Shown here: in pieces, positions 17,770 to 26,496 of the stretch
Layout of the letters: the number at the start of each line of letters is the position of its first letter
How positions within the stretch are numbered: the stretch's first letter is position 1
Assembly: GCA_030064955.1 (NCBI GenBank)
Contig: JASJDW010000020.1
Coordinates: 4,310 to 36,309, forward strand
Reading direction: 5' to 3'
Length of the DNA: 32,000 nucleotides
Source of the DNA: Crocosphaera sp.
GTDB taxonomy: Bacteria; Cyanobacteriota; Cyanobacteriia; Cyanobacteriales; Microcystaceae
Notes under the pieces: generated by a model
The model's database searches: none
Told to the model about the DNA's origin: nothing
Seen by the model: only the letters and a program-made list of their open reading frames with translations
Position numbers and translations under genes: made by a program

Positions 17770-18097
17770 TGACTTGTATTAAGGCTGTTTCAAGATTATT
17801 ACTAAGGGTAAAAAAGTTGAGAAATCCTGTTACTTCCATCACATCTTTTACATCTTCAGACAGTCCAATTAAAATAACTTGACCTGCTTGATTTTTAGCT
17901 TGTTTATAGAGGTTTAATAAAACTCTTAAACCAGCACTTGACATATATTCAACTTCAGTTAAATTTAAGATAATTTTGCTCTGAGGGGTTAATAATGGTA
18001 GTAGTTTTTCTTGAACCATAGATGAAGTTTGTCCATCCATATCTCCTATGAGTTCAGCAATACAAACATCTTGTTGATTTTTGAGATTGATTTCCAT
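17753..18097 (-). CDS. STAS domain anti-sigma factor antagonist (approximate start at MEINLKN; ORF track start 18157)
   Basis: MEINLKNQQDVCIAELIGDMDGQTSSMVQEKLLPLL...LNLTEVEYMSSAGLRVLLNLYKQA. Confidence 0.88.
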   Translation of the reverse strand: MEINLKNQQDVCIAELIGDMDGQTSSMVQEKLLPLLTPQSKIILNLTEVEYMSSAGLRVLLNLYKQAKNQAGQVILIGLSEDVKDVMEVTGFLNFFTLSNNLETALIQVNGTSN

Positions 18098-18143
18098 AAT
18101 AAATACCTGAATAGTGATGAAATTAAGGGAAGAAAAAACTTTT

Positions 18144-19961
18144 TTAAACAGGAACAATGGTAACCTTTACTTTAACTCTTTGTTCTGTTTTAGGAAGGTT
18201 GACAGTTAACTTATCCGCATCAAAATCATAATAAGATTCTCCCTCTATTTCCACTGAATTTATTTTGATAGAACCTGGGGGTAAAATATCAGGAGAAACC
18301 CTTAAAATATTATCAGAAAATCCTCCTGGTAAGGGTTTAAAATAAAAGTCCATAGGTTGTTTAGTAATCAATAAATTGGTATAAACGGCTGCTAAATAAC
18401 ATAACTCAAAGGAATGATAACCACTCATAGAATGACTCCCTTTTCCTCTTTCATTACCACCACTTAAATAAGGAATACCATTGGCTAAAACATTGAAGTA
18501 AACCCCTCCATCTTCTATGTCTAAAAACCAAGCATTATAAAAGGCCGCTGCTTCACGAGAAAAGCGATGATATTCTTCATTCTGAAGACAACCTGTTAAG
18601 ATTAAATAAGCCAAAATAGCTTGTTCTTGTTGCCACCAAGCTTTGCGATCGTGCCACACAAAACGATAAAATTCTTCCCCTGGTTGTAAACATCTTTCTA
18701 CCACATCATACCATCCTCCACGCTGGCGATCGCTACCAACGTCAGGCATAATATTAGCGATATTTGTTGCTAGTTTAAGATACTTTTCTTTGGGGTTTAA
18801 ACTATACATTCGCATTAAGTTCCAAGCAATTTTTAAGTTGTGGCCAACTACAGCACGATTTTGTTGCCATCCCCAGGTTATATCTGCTGTCCAATCTTCA
18901 TTGAATCTTTCTTGTACATAGGGACTATTTTCGGGATCTGGAAAGTATTTTTCAATGGTATCAAAGGTATCTTCTAGCATTTTTTCATATTCTTTGTTGC
19001 CTGTTGCTAACCATAAATTAATCAAATAAGCTGGAGCATGATCTCCAATAGAATTCCAATTTTTCTTAGCTTTATTCTGTCCTAAAGAATCACTTTTTGG
19101 ATCTAGAGTAACTGGATCAATATGAGAAAAATATCCACCATTTTCACTTTTATCTAGAAAAAAGTTATCAAAAAGCTTAATGGTTAACTCAGTATCTTTT
19201 AAGATAGCGGGATCACCATTAATTCGATAGGTTTGAACGGGGCCAGCAAGAGCATAAATTTGTTCATAAGCAGGAATAGCATGATAATCATCCCCAAATT
19301 CTGAGGCAAATATTTTTTGTTCTCGAATACCTTGAACATCAATGCCATGATACCAATAAACAATATCTTCATCAAGATCGAGAAATCTCATATGTTCTCG
19401 TAAATATTCAGTACCTTTTTCTGCTGCTTCTAAAAATTCATCTTTTCCTGTTAATAAATAAGCCGTTGCAAAACCATATACGAGACGGGATATGGTATCG
19501 GTTTCTTGACTAAAGTTATCAGAAGATCTTTCCCCAGATAAAGCTAAATTCGTTCTATAATTACGATAATTAATCTCACCTTCAGGAAATTGAGAGTTTA
19601 AATAAAAATGACCTAAAGATGCAATTTGATTAACCCACCATTGAGGTTTCTCAAAGCGGTATTCATCAGGATTTCGACCTAAAAATATAATTTGTTTAGC
19701 TTCAAATTTAGAACTATCAGGATAAAAAATACCATAAGTAAATAAATAGCGGCCAGGGGTTAACATAGTCCGCATTGTTCCTGTCGCATCGGGATAAGGT
19801 TCATCTAAGTTTTGAATAAGTTTAGCATAAGTCATGGGGGTTAATAAGGCTGTAAATTCTCGATTATCTGATGTTTTTATGCCAAAAATATCATTAGTTT
19901 GATCAAAGTAAGTAACGTATCCAGCAATCAGATCAGAGAAGGGAAAAGTAATGTTATTCAT
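18144..19961 (-). CDS. N-acylglucosamine 2-epimerase (AGE) family protein with additional N-terminal domain
   Basis: ETDTISRLVYGFATAYLLTGKDEFLEAAEKGTEYLREH...WWQQEQAILAYLILTG...FLDIEDGGVYFNVLANG (alpha/alpha-barrel repeats). Confidence 0.75.
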   Translation of the reverse strand: MNNITFPFSDLIAGYVTYFDQTNDIFGIKTSDNREFTALLTPMTYAKLIQNLDEPYPDATGTMRTMLTPGRYLFTYGIFYPDSSKFEAKQIIFLGRNPDEYRFEKPQWWVNQIASLGHFYLNSQFPEGEINYRNYRTNLALSGERSSDNFSQETDTISRLVYGFATAYLLTGKDEFLEAAEKGTEYLREHMRFLDLDEDIVYWYHGIDVQGIREQKIFASEFGDDYHAIPAYEQIYALAGPVQTYRINGDPAILKDTELTIKLFDNFFLDKSENGGYFSHIDPVTLDPKSDSLGQNKAKKNWNSIGDHAPAYLINLWLATGNKEYEKMLEDTFDTIEKYFPDPENSPYVQERFNEDWTADITWGWQQNRAVVGHNLKIAWNLMRMYSLNPKEKYLKLATNIANIMPDVGSDRQRGGWYDVVERCLQPGEEFYRFVWHDRKAWWQQEQAILAYLILTGCLQNEEYHRFSREAAAFYNAWFLDIEDGGVYFNVLANGIPYLSGGNERGKGSHSMSGYHSFELCYLAAVYTNLLITKQPMDFYFKPLPGGFSDNILRVSPDILPPGSIKINSVEIEGESYYDFDADKLTVNLPKTEQRVKVKVTIVPV

Positions 19962-20025
19962 GAGTCAAGATTTTTGGTTTTTACGAGAAACAGCAAGAGA
20001 ATTTTGTAGATGGCAAAAATGAGAT

Positions 20026-20475
20026 TTAAGGTACTTGTTTTTGTTCTATATCATTAATACGATAAATTCGTACATCAGCAGGTTGTTTAAGAATTTCACT
20101 ATAGGTTTCAGTGAGATTTTGTGTGTAAGATTTTTGAAGATGTTCTTCAAAAGCTTGTTCATTTTTCCAGTCTTCAAAGAAAAAGAATAAATTTGGGGTG
20201 TTTTTATCTTCATAAAACACATAACTATTAACTCCTTCTTCTGTTTCATTGGTCTTAGTTTGTACAATATTTGCTAAGTCAAGAAACCTTTGACGGTATT
20301 CAGGTTTAACTTCTAAATAAGCAATCACAATTAAAGGTTTTTCTGTGATGACTTGTTGCGTTTGAGCATAAGTTGATGAAGAGTTTAGACTGTGTTGTTG
20401 ATGATTATAAATACCAAAACCAACAATCAGAGAAGCCGTAATTAATAGAGGGTAAATTTTGCCAATGAGTTTCAT
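20026..20475 (-). CDS. Antibiotic biosynthesis monooxygenase (putative quinol monooxygenase)-like protein, signal-anchored
   Basis: MKLIGKIYPLLITASLIVGFGIYN...KPLIVIAYLEVKPEYRQRFLDLANIVQTKTNETEEGVNSYVFYEDKNTPNLFFFFEDWKNEQAFEEHLQ. Confidence 0.82.
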   Translation of the reverse strand: MKLIGKIYPLLITASLIVGFGIYNHQQHSLNSSSTYAQTQQVITEKPLIVIAYLEVKPEYRQRFLDLANIVQTKTNETEEGVNSYVFYEDKNTPNLFFFFEDWKNEQAFEEHLQKSYTQNLTETYSEILKQPADVRIYRINDIEQKQVP

Positions 20476-20500
20476 GGTTAACTCCTTAAAATAATGGAAA

Positions 20501-22078
20501 CTAAATGCGTCTGACTGCTAAAATAGTGATATCGTCAGACTGTTCTTGATCACCCGTATGAACAAAAACTTTATGTCGAATTGTATCTACAATTTCTTGA
20601 GATGAATCAAAAGGATTTTCAACAATTTTCAAAACAGTTTCCCTCGAAAAAAATTCTTTATTTGAGTTGCGTGCTTCTGTAACGCCATCGGTATAACCTA
20701 AGAGAATATCTCCTGATTCTAGGAAAATGTTTTCAATCTCAAATTCAACATCTGCTAACATTCCAACAGCCATACCTGTTGCTTCTAAAGATTGTTTAAT
20801 TTTTCCATTTTTGTTGATAATTAAAATGGGTTCATGACCTCCATTAATATAACTTAATTGATAAGAATCTAAACATAACACTCCCATAAATAAAGTAGCA
20901 AACATTCCTTCATTTCCATGATTATTAGCGATGTAATCATTGGTTAATTGAACCGTTTTTAAAAAGCTTTTTGCAGTTACTTTAGATTCATGACTTGAGT
21001 AAGAGCGAGCCGTAAAAATGCGAATTAAACTCCTAAATAATCCCATAAATAAAGCAGCACTAACTCCCTTACCACAAACATCAGCAATGACAAAAGCAAT
21101 ATTATTGTTGGGAAGTTCAAAAACATCATAAAAATCTCCAGCAACTCGACGAGCAGGGGAAGTAAAAGCAGCAATTTCTATACCTGGTTTTTGCAATAAT
21201 TCATGAGGTAAAAAAGCCTTTTGCATCAAGCGACCTTTTTCTAATTCTTGATCAAGTGCTTGAGAATAAGCTGCTTCTCTTTCTAAACTTTTTTGAAGGG
21301 CTAATTCTGCTTGTTTACGTTGATAAATTGCTTCAGTAATTTGATTAAACATTTGCTTAAAAGCAGAAATTACGTCCCCTAATTCATCCTCTCTTCTCAA
21401 AGAAGCAGAAGAAAATTTTGGAGGTCTTTGATCATAAAAAATAGCTTCTCCTGCTGCTAATAAATCCCATCGCAATCGAAAAATAGGTATCAATACAATT
21501 GGTTCTAAAGCAATCCAAATAACAATAGTCATGAAAGCAGAAATAATCACAACTAAGCCGATTATTCTGCCAATATAAGCTATTAATCCCCTTAAAACTG
21601 AAGAAGCATCATGACGAAGAATAATTGTATATTTGGTTTCCATCTGTGAACCTGACCAAACCACATCATCATAAAAACTTCCTTGACGTTGAGGTTTATA
21701 ACTATCAATTTCAGATATAGAAATATTAGGAGAATTGCCGAATGTCCCTACAATTTCTCCAGAAGCATAATAAACAGATCCTCCTTTGAGAAAACTATTG
21801 TTTTCTTGTAATTCTTGTAATCTATCGATTAGTTGTTCTCCAGATATTTGAGGATAGGTAATCAAAATCCAAGCAACTTTTCCTGATGAAACTTCTTTTA
21901 TTTGCGATAAAAGTTCCCGCTCACGATATTGAACAGAAGGCACTAAAATAATCCCCTCAATCACAACAATTCCGCTAAAAACCCAAAAAATAATTTTTCG
22001 GGATAAAGGAGACTTTAACCTACTTTTTAAGCGAAGAATGTTTCGTTGGAGAAATTTTTTAGAATTTAGGCCAAACAT
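20501..22078 (-). CDS. PP2C/SpoIIE-type phosphatase with N-terminal transmembrane/periplasmic region and HAMP-like segment (IcfG/RsbU-like)
   Basis: SPARRVAGDFYDVFELPNNNIAFVIADVCGKGVSAALFMGLFRSLIR...GNEGMFATLFMGVLCLDSYQLSYINGGHEPILI...GDILLGYTDGVTEARNS...QSDDITILAVRR. Confidence 0.9.
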   Translation of the reverse strand: MFGLNSKKFLQRNILRLKSRLKSPLSRKIIFWVFSGIVVIEGIILVPSVQYRERELLSQIKEVSSGKVAWILITYPQISGEQLIDRLQELQENNSFLKGGSVYYASGEIVGTFGNSPNISISEIDSYKPQRQGSFYDDVVWSGSQMETKYTIILRHDASSVLRGLIAYIGRIIGLVVIISAFMTIVIWIALEPIVLIPIFRLRWDLLAAGEAIFYDQRPPKFSSASLRREDELGDVISAFKQMFNQITEAIYQRKQAELALQKSLEREAAYSQALDQELEKGRLMQKAFLPHELLQKPGIEIAAFTSPARRVAGDFYDVFELPNNNIAFVIADVCGKGVSAALFMGLFRSLIRIFTARSYSSHESKVTAKSFLKTVQLTNDYIANNHGNEGMFATLFMGVLCLDSYQLSYINGGHEPILIINKNGKIKQSLEATGMAVGMLADVEFEIENIFLESGDILLGYTDGVTEARNSNKEFFSRETVLKIVENPFDSSQEIVDTIRHKVFVHTGDQEQSDDITILAVRRI

Positions 22079-22125
22079 CTTAATTCAAAGTTGTTGTGAG
22101 TAAGGAGCAAAACAAAAAGTGAAGG

Positions 22126-22153
22126 GTTTAATCATTAATGTGAATGATTAAAC
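22126..22153. promoter_or_regulatory. Intergenic hairpin between OYE and SpoIIE phosphatase genes
   Basis: GTTTAATCATT-AATGTG-AATGATTAAAC, 11-bp perfect stem; a T run follows only on the plus strand. Confidence 0.6.
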
Positions 22154-22168
22154 TTGATTTTTTTGTCA

Positions 22169-23278
22169 TTAATTCAAGGTTAAGTTAGCTCTTTCTAAAA
22201 AAGGGTAATCGATATATCCTTCTTTTCCTTGAGTATAAAAAGTAGAGCGATCATAATTATTTAGAGGTGCATTCAATTCAAATCTTTTTGGTAAGTCAGG
22301 GTTAGCAATAAATAGTCTTCCGTAAGCAACTAAGTCTGCATCTTCTGCTGCTAAAACTTCATTTCCTGTGTGTTTTGTATACCCTCCTGCTGTTATCAGA
22401 GTCCCTTGAAAAATAGGTCTAAAAAATTCAACTCCTAACCCACTACTTTGATCTTCATCATGTTTATCTCCTTTAATTCTAGGTTCAACAATGTGAAGAT
22501 AAGCTAAATTAAAGTGGTTCAGTTTTTGAGCAACATAACTAAATAAAGCTTCTGGGTTAGAATCAGACATATTCATAAATGTACTTGAAGGTGATAATCT
22601 GACTCCCACTCTTTTACTGTTCCAAACTTTAGTAACTGCTTCGGTTACTTCCATCAAAAAACGAGCGCGGTTTTCAATACTTCCTCCATATTTATCAGTG
22701 CGTTTATTGGAGCCATCTTGTAAAAATTCATCGAGTAAATAACCATTAGCACTGTGAATTTCTACCCCATCAAATCCTGCTTGTTGTGCATTTTTAGCAG
22801 CTTGAGCATACTGTTGTACAATTTGGGGAATTTCTTCTGTTTCTAATGCACGAGGGGTAACAAAGGGTTTTTCTCCTTCGTAGGTAGCGGCCATTCCTTC
22901 TGGTGCGATCGCACTGGGTGCCACGGGAAGTTCCCCATTCGGTTGCAGAGATGGGTGCGAAACCCGTCCAACGTGCCATAGTTGCATAAAAATGCGTCCC
23001 CCTTGTTGATGCACTGCTTCAGTGACTGACTTCCAACCTTCTATTTGCTGAGGAGAATGAATACCTGGAGTATGGGGATATCCGACTCCTTGGGGGGAAA
23101 TTTGCGTTGCTTCGGTAATAATTAAAGCAGCATTACTACGTTGTCGATAATACTCTACATTCATGGGTTGAGGGACATTTCCCTCTCCAGCACGCATTCG
23201 GGTTAAAGGTGCCATAACAATGCGTGAGGGTAGGTTTAAATCACCTAATTTGTAAGAGGAAAAAAGATTAGTTTGCAT
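22169..23278 (-). CDS. Old Yellow Enzyme family NADH:flavin oxidoreductase / alkene reductase
   Basis: MAPLTRMRAG...FMQLWHVGRVSHPSLQPNG...FDGVEIHSANGYLLDEFLQDGSNKRTDKYGGSIENRARF. Confidence 0.92.
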   Translation of the reverse strand: MQTNLFSSYKLGDLNLPSRIVMAPLTRMRAGEGNVPQPMNVEYYRQRSNAALIITEATQISPQGVGYPHTPGIHSPQQIEGWKSVTEAVHQQGGRIFMQLWHVGRVSHPSLQPNGELPVAPSAIAPEGMAATYEGEKPFVTPRALETEEIPQIVQQYAQAAKNAQQAGFDGVEIHSANGYLLDEFLQDGSNKRTDKYGGSIENRARFLMEVTEAVTKVWNSKRVGVRLSPSSTFMNMSDSNPEALFSYVAQKLNHFNLAYLHIVEPRIKGDKHDEDQSSGLGVEFFRPIFQGTLITAGGYTKHTGNEVLAAEDADLVAYGRLFIANPDLPKRFELNAPLNNYDRSTFYTQGKEGYIDYPFLERANLTLN

Positions 23279-23393
23279 TGACTTATAGTGTCCAGTTTGG
23301 AGAATAATGCTGTCAAAAGATATGAGTTATAAGAGTGGGAATGTTTTTGATATTTTTTGTTTAGTACAACCCACTCCTATAATTAGGAAGAAA

Positions 23394-24026
23394 TTAAGAT
23401 GTAACTAACTCTTTATTAGTTTTATTCATTTCATCTAAGAAGAGTTGCATAAATTCTTCAACAACTCCTGGATGTTTTCCTGTAATGAGACTGCCATCTA
23501 CATAAGTTGCTGCTGTTTCATTACCGTTATACATAATAATCCCACCAGCATTTTCCACATCACAAATTATATTGTGAGCGCAGGTCACCTTACGGTTTTG
23601 AATTAGGTTAGGATCAGCACAGAAAAGCCATAAACTATGACAAATAGTTCCAATTTTTAAGTGATTCTGATCCATTAATTTGACTGATTCACGAAGAAAC
23701 TCAACAGCAGGAGATTTATTCAGTTGATTCGGTTCAGGATTCACTTGATAACGAAGGCGATCCATCGCATAACCACCTATTAAAATGATTCCTTGATAAT
23801 CAGTTAGTTTAACATCTTTGAAATCGATGGTAACGGTTACTTCTTCTTCATGGTCATTACCTTTAAAAGTTAGGCTGGATTGTCCCCAAAGATTGGAAAT
23901 GTATTCAACTTCATAACCATTTGTAGGGAAAAATTGGTTAAATCTTCGGTATTCAGTTTCATCAAAATGTTCTTCGATGAGAACACCTATTTTTCCTTTG
24001 ATTTCTGTATTCATTGTTACTACCAT
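23394..24026 (-). CDS. DJ-1/PfpI family protein
   Basis: KIGVLIEEHFDETEYRRFNQFFPTNGYEVEYIS...YQGIILIGGYAMDRLRY...KIGTICHSLWLF...TYVDGSLITGKHPGVVEEFM. Confidence 0.85.
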   Translation of the reverse strand: MVVTMNTEIKGKIGVLIEEHFDETEYRRFNQFFPTNGYEVEYISNLWGQSSLTFKGNDHEEEVTVTIDFKDVKLTDYQGIILIGGYAMDRLRYQVNPEPNQLNKSPAVEFLRESVKLMDQNHLKIGTICHSLWLFCADPNLIQNRKVTCAHNIICDVENAGGIIMYNGNETAATYVDGSLITGKHPGVVEEFMQLFLDEMNKTNKELVTS

Positions 24027-24032
24027 ACTTAA

Positions 24033-24389
24033 CTAACTATCAGCAAAAATTTCATTCAACATTCCAAAACAACCAGCAGCTTTATTAAAGCCAGCATAAA
24101 CACAAGTAAACAGCAATAATTCCTCAATTTCTTCTTTGGTTGCTCCTTGTTTAATCGCCATATTGACATGAGCAGCAAAAGGATTTCCTGGACCCGTTTG
24201 ATCTTGATTAACAACATCAATAGCAATAGTAATTAAAGCTTTAGTTTTCTGATCAATAAGCGGCAAACCCCAGGCTTCACCAGCAACACGGGTACAAAAG
24301 TCTCCAAATTTTGGATTAATACTGTTTAATCCTGCTTGTAATTCTTGGTCGTCAAGAACAGCATTTTTATACATTGTAATTTCCGTCAT
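24033..24389 (-). CDS. Carboxymuconolactone decarboxylase (AhpD-like) family protein
   Basis: FTRVAGEAWGLPLIDQKTKALITIAIDVVNQ...PFAAHVNMAIKQGATKEEIEELLLFTCVYAGFNKAAGCF. Confidence 0.85.
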   Translation of the reverse strand: MTEITMYKNAVLDDQELQAGLNSINPKFGDFCTRVAGEAWGLPLIDQKTKALITIAIDVVNQDQTGPGNPFAAHVNMAIKQGATKEEIEELLLFTCVYAGFNKAAGCFGMLNEIFADS

Positions 24390-24393
24390 AACT

Positions 24394-24963
24394 TTACGCA
24401 GTTTTGATTAGTTTTAAGAGGTTTTCAGGAGCAAAAACATCACGATAAAAGGTTAATTGTTCGGTTTTGAGATAACAACCACCTCGATGACCTCGACGTA
24501 CCCAAGTAACACTTCCTTTGGCAATGGTTTCATTGGTTTCATCATCAACACATTTCCATTCAAAAAAAGTATGCTCACCAGAAAACATAACAATTGGCCA
24601 ACACATCGTTACCCCAGGTTGAGCAATTAAAGCCCACCAATGTTGTTCCCTTTCTTTTTGTTGTTCTAATCCTTGATAGGGTCCATCTTGACATAAATAA
24701 ATAAGGTCTTCTCGATACTCTCCCGTTAAAATATCTCCTCTTCCTTGTCGTAATGCTTCACAATGACTAGGCCACCAATCTTTATTTTCTTGCTCAATCA
24801 TCTCTAAACTGTAGGTATCGTTAATTTCTGGTAAAGTTGGTTCAATTTTAGTGATTAAGTCTTCTCCTAACTTGATTAACTTGGCTTTCATGTCCTCAGA
24901 AACTAATCCAGTACGAGAATAGTTTGCTGAAAGCTTTTTGTAATAGTTGGTACGTTGAATCAT
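24394..24963 (-). CDS. Conserved hypothetical protein (possibly NTF2/SnoaL-like fold)
   Basis: 189 aa ORF in tight series with the CMD and DJ-1 genes; LTGEYREDLIYLCQDGPYQGLEQQKEREQHWWALIAQPG. Confidence 0.6.
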   Translation of the reverse strand: MIQRTNYYKKLSANYSRTGLVSEDMKAKLIKLGEDLITKIEPTLPEINDTYSLEMIEQENKDWWPSHCEALRQGRGDILTGEYREDLIYLCQDGPYQGLEQQKEREQHWWALIAQPGVTMCWPIVMFSGEHTFFEWKCVDDETNETIAKGSVTWVRRGHRGGCYLKTEQLTFYRDVFAPENLLKLIKTA

Positions 24964-25212
24964 GGAAGAGTAAGCTCCTTTTTTTGAGAAATTTATTTCC
25001 CTTTCATTTATTATTAACTCATACTTTTCTGAAATTAAGCTGAGATTTTTGAGTTACTTACTGAGAGGAAAATAAAAATATTGAAAATCTAGGAAATTTC
25101 AAAGTAAAAAACAAGATTTTCTAATTCTATAAAAATTAGAAAACCTTAACATTTGCTTTTTTACTCTAAAGATTGTATTGTTAAAACCTTACAAAGATAT
25201 GGTTACTCTAGC

Positions 25213-25262
25213 AAGATGATTTTGTTTATTAAAGTCATAGAATTTATCTATGAGTAAAATTA
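25213..25262. promoter_or_regulatory. Copy A of ATAG-N7-CTAT-containing element
   Basis: GCAAGATGATTTTGTTTATTAAAGTCATAGAATTTATCTATGAGTAAAA; core 25237-25251. Confidence 0.55.
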
Positions 25263-25290
25263 ATTATTGACATATACCTTGTTTTATGAG

Positions 25291-26256
25291 TTATTGGTTT
25301 CTAAGATTTCTTCTAAGTAATGAAGTTCCACCTAATATTCCTAATACAAAAAGACCCAACTTATTACTAGATTCAGGAACAGAGATAGCTTGAGTATTAT
25401 AACCAATTGTCAGTATATCTATACTGCCATCTGCACTACTTTCTGTATCAGGAAGATTAAGGGGTGTCACTTCAAAACCAGCAAGACTTGTTAACGTTCC
25501 GGTTCCTATAAAATCTTCAATATCAAAAGCGATACCAGCTAAAGGAATATCATCAATAATCGTATTTTCTGATAATCCTAAATTACTTAAATTTTCTGAA
25601 TTGACCGTAATTTCAAAATTTTCAACAATGCCAAAATCTCCTAAATTTGTATTATTAAAAAGATTATCTCCTGGTCCACTGGTAAGACGCAAAACAAAAT
25701 CACCAATTAAATTTCCAGCATCATCAATGGGTCTTAAATCAACACCATCATCGCCGATTAAATCAATTAAAAAGAAGTCATTAGCAAGACCTGGTACTGC
25801 TGTTAATTTTCTTCCAAAAAAGACGTTAAAAGCTTGTGGAATACCTGATAACGTTCCACCACCATTATCGATCGCTGCACCTACATTAGTGCCTAATAAA
25901 GCCTCAATTCCTGATGGTTCTAGTCCCTGAAATCCCCATGTATTACGAATATTATCTTCTGTTGGAAAACCTGTCGGAAATGTCACGACTTCAGTGATTC
26001 TTACTGGACCAGCAATGGAGAAAACGCTGCTTATGTCAGTGGTAAAACCTGTCATTAATTGGTCGCTTTGAACGATATCAGGTCGTGTAATATCACTAGA
26101 AGGAAAACGAACTAAATCCGGTTGATCAGGAAATTCTACATCCGTAAGAGGAGGATTGTCCAGAATAATTGTTTTTAATCCCTTCACTTCTGCACTAACA
26201 GATAAAGGAAGCAAAATACTTATACTTGTAATGATGAGTGATAGGGAAAACTTCAT
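25291..26256 (-). CDS. PEP-CTERM-type exported protein
   Basis: N-terminal signal MKFSLSLIITSISILLPLSVSAE; C-terminal ...AISVPESSNKLGLFVLGILGGTSLLRRNLRNQ sorting signal. Confidence 0.85.
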   Translation of the reverse strand: MKFSLSLIITSISILLPLSVSAEVKGLKTIILDNPPLTDVEFPDQPDLVRFPSSDITRPDIVQSDQLMTGFTTDISSVFSIAGPVRITEVVTFPTGFPTEDNIRNTWGFQGLEPSGIEALLGTNVGAAIDNGGGTLSGIPQAFNVFFGRKLTAVPGLANDFFLIDLIGDDGVDLRPIDDAGNLIGDFVLRLTSGPGDNLFNNTNLGDFGIVENFEITVNSENLSNLGLSENTIIDDIPLAGIAFDIEDFIGTGTLTSLAGFEVTPLNLPDTESSADGSIDILTIGYNTQAISVPESSNKLGLFVLGILGGTSLLRRNLRNQ

Positions 26257-26349
26257 GGTTAAATTTCCAGTTTTACACTTCTATAAGCTAGAAATAGAAC
26301 TTATTTTGATAGCCTTATTGATATCCTATATAAGATTGATCTTGATAAC

Positions 26350-26400
26350 AAGATGATTTTTATGATTAAACTCATAGAAATTGTCTATATAAATAAAAAC
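26350..26400. promoter_or_regulatory. Copy B of ATAG-N7-CTAT-containing element, upstream of the PEP-CTERM gene
   Basis: ACAAGATGATTTTTATGATTAAACTCATAGAAATTGTCTATATAAATAAAAA; core 26374-26388. Confidence 0.55.
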
Positions 26401-26496
26401 TTAAATTTTAACACCCATATCAGTAGTTCATAATTTAGCTAATAAATAGCGATCGCATTTTCCAACCATTTGACACACTACATACAAAAAATAATA

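Noticed and set aside
22794-22979. Plus-strand ORF of 61 aa
   Set aside because: Fully antisense to the well-supported OYE gene. The same applies to 3440-3628, 4073-4255, 6156-6371, 7872-8105, 11751-11975, 14143-14337, 14785-15078, 15765-16001, 15957-16181, 20046-20267, 25601-25930 and 29852-30055.
26156-26356. Plus-strand ORF of 66 aa over the PEP-CTERM gene start and its upstream region
   Set aside because: Antisense to the signal peptide region, hydrophobic from complementary AT-rich sequence, no ribosome site.
25213-26400. PEP-CTERM gene as a composite mobile cassette bounded by direct repeats A and B
   Set aside because: The A/B similarity is limited to ~45 bp with an extra copy beside LysR, and no transposase or target duplication is seen; a shared regulatory site is at least as likely.
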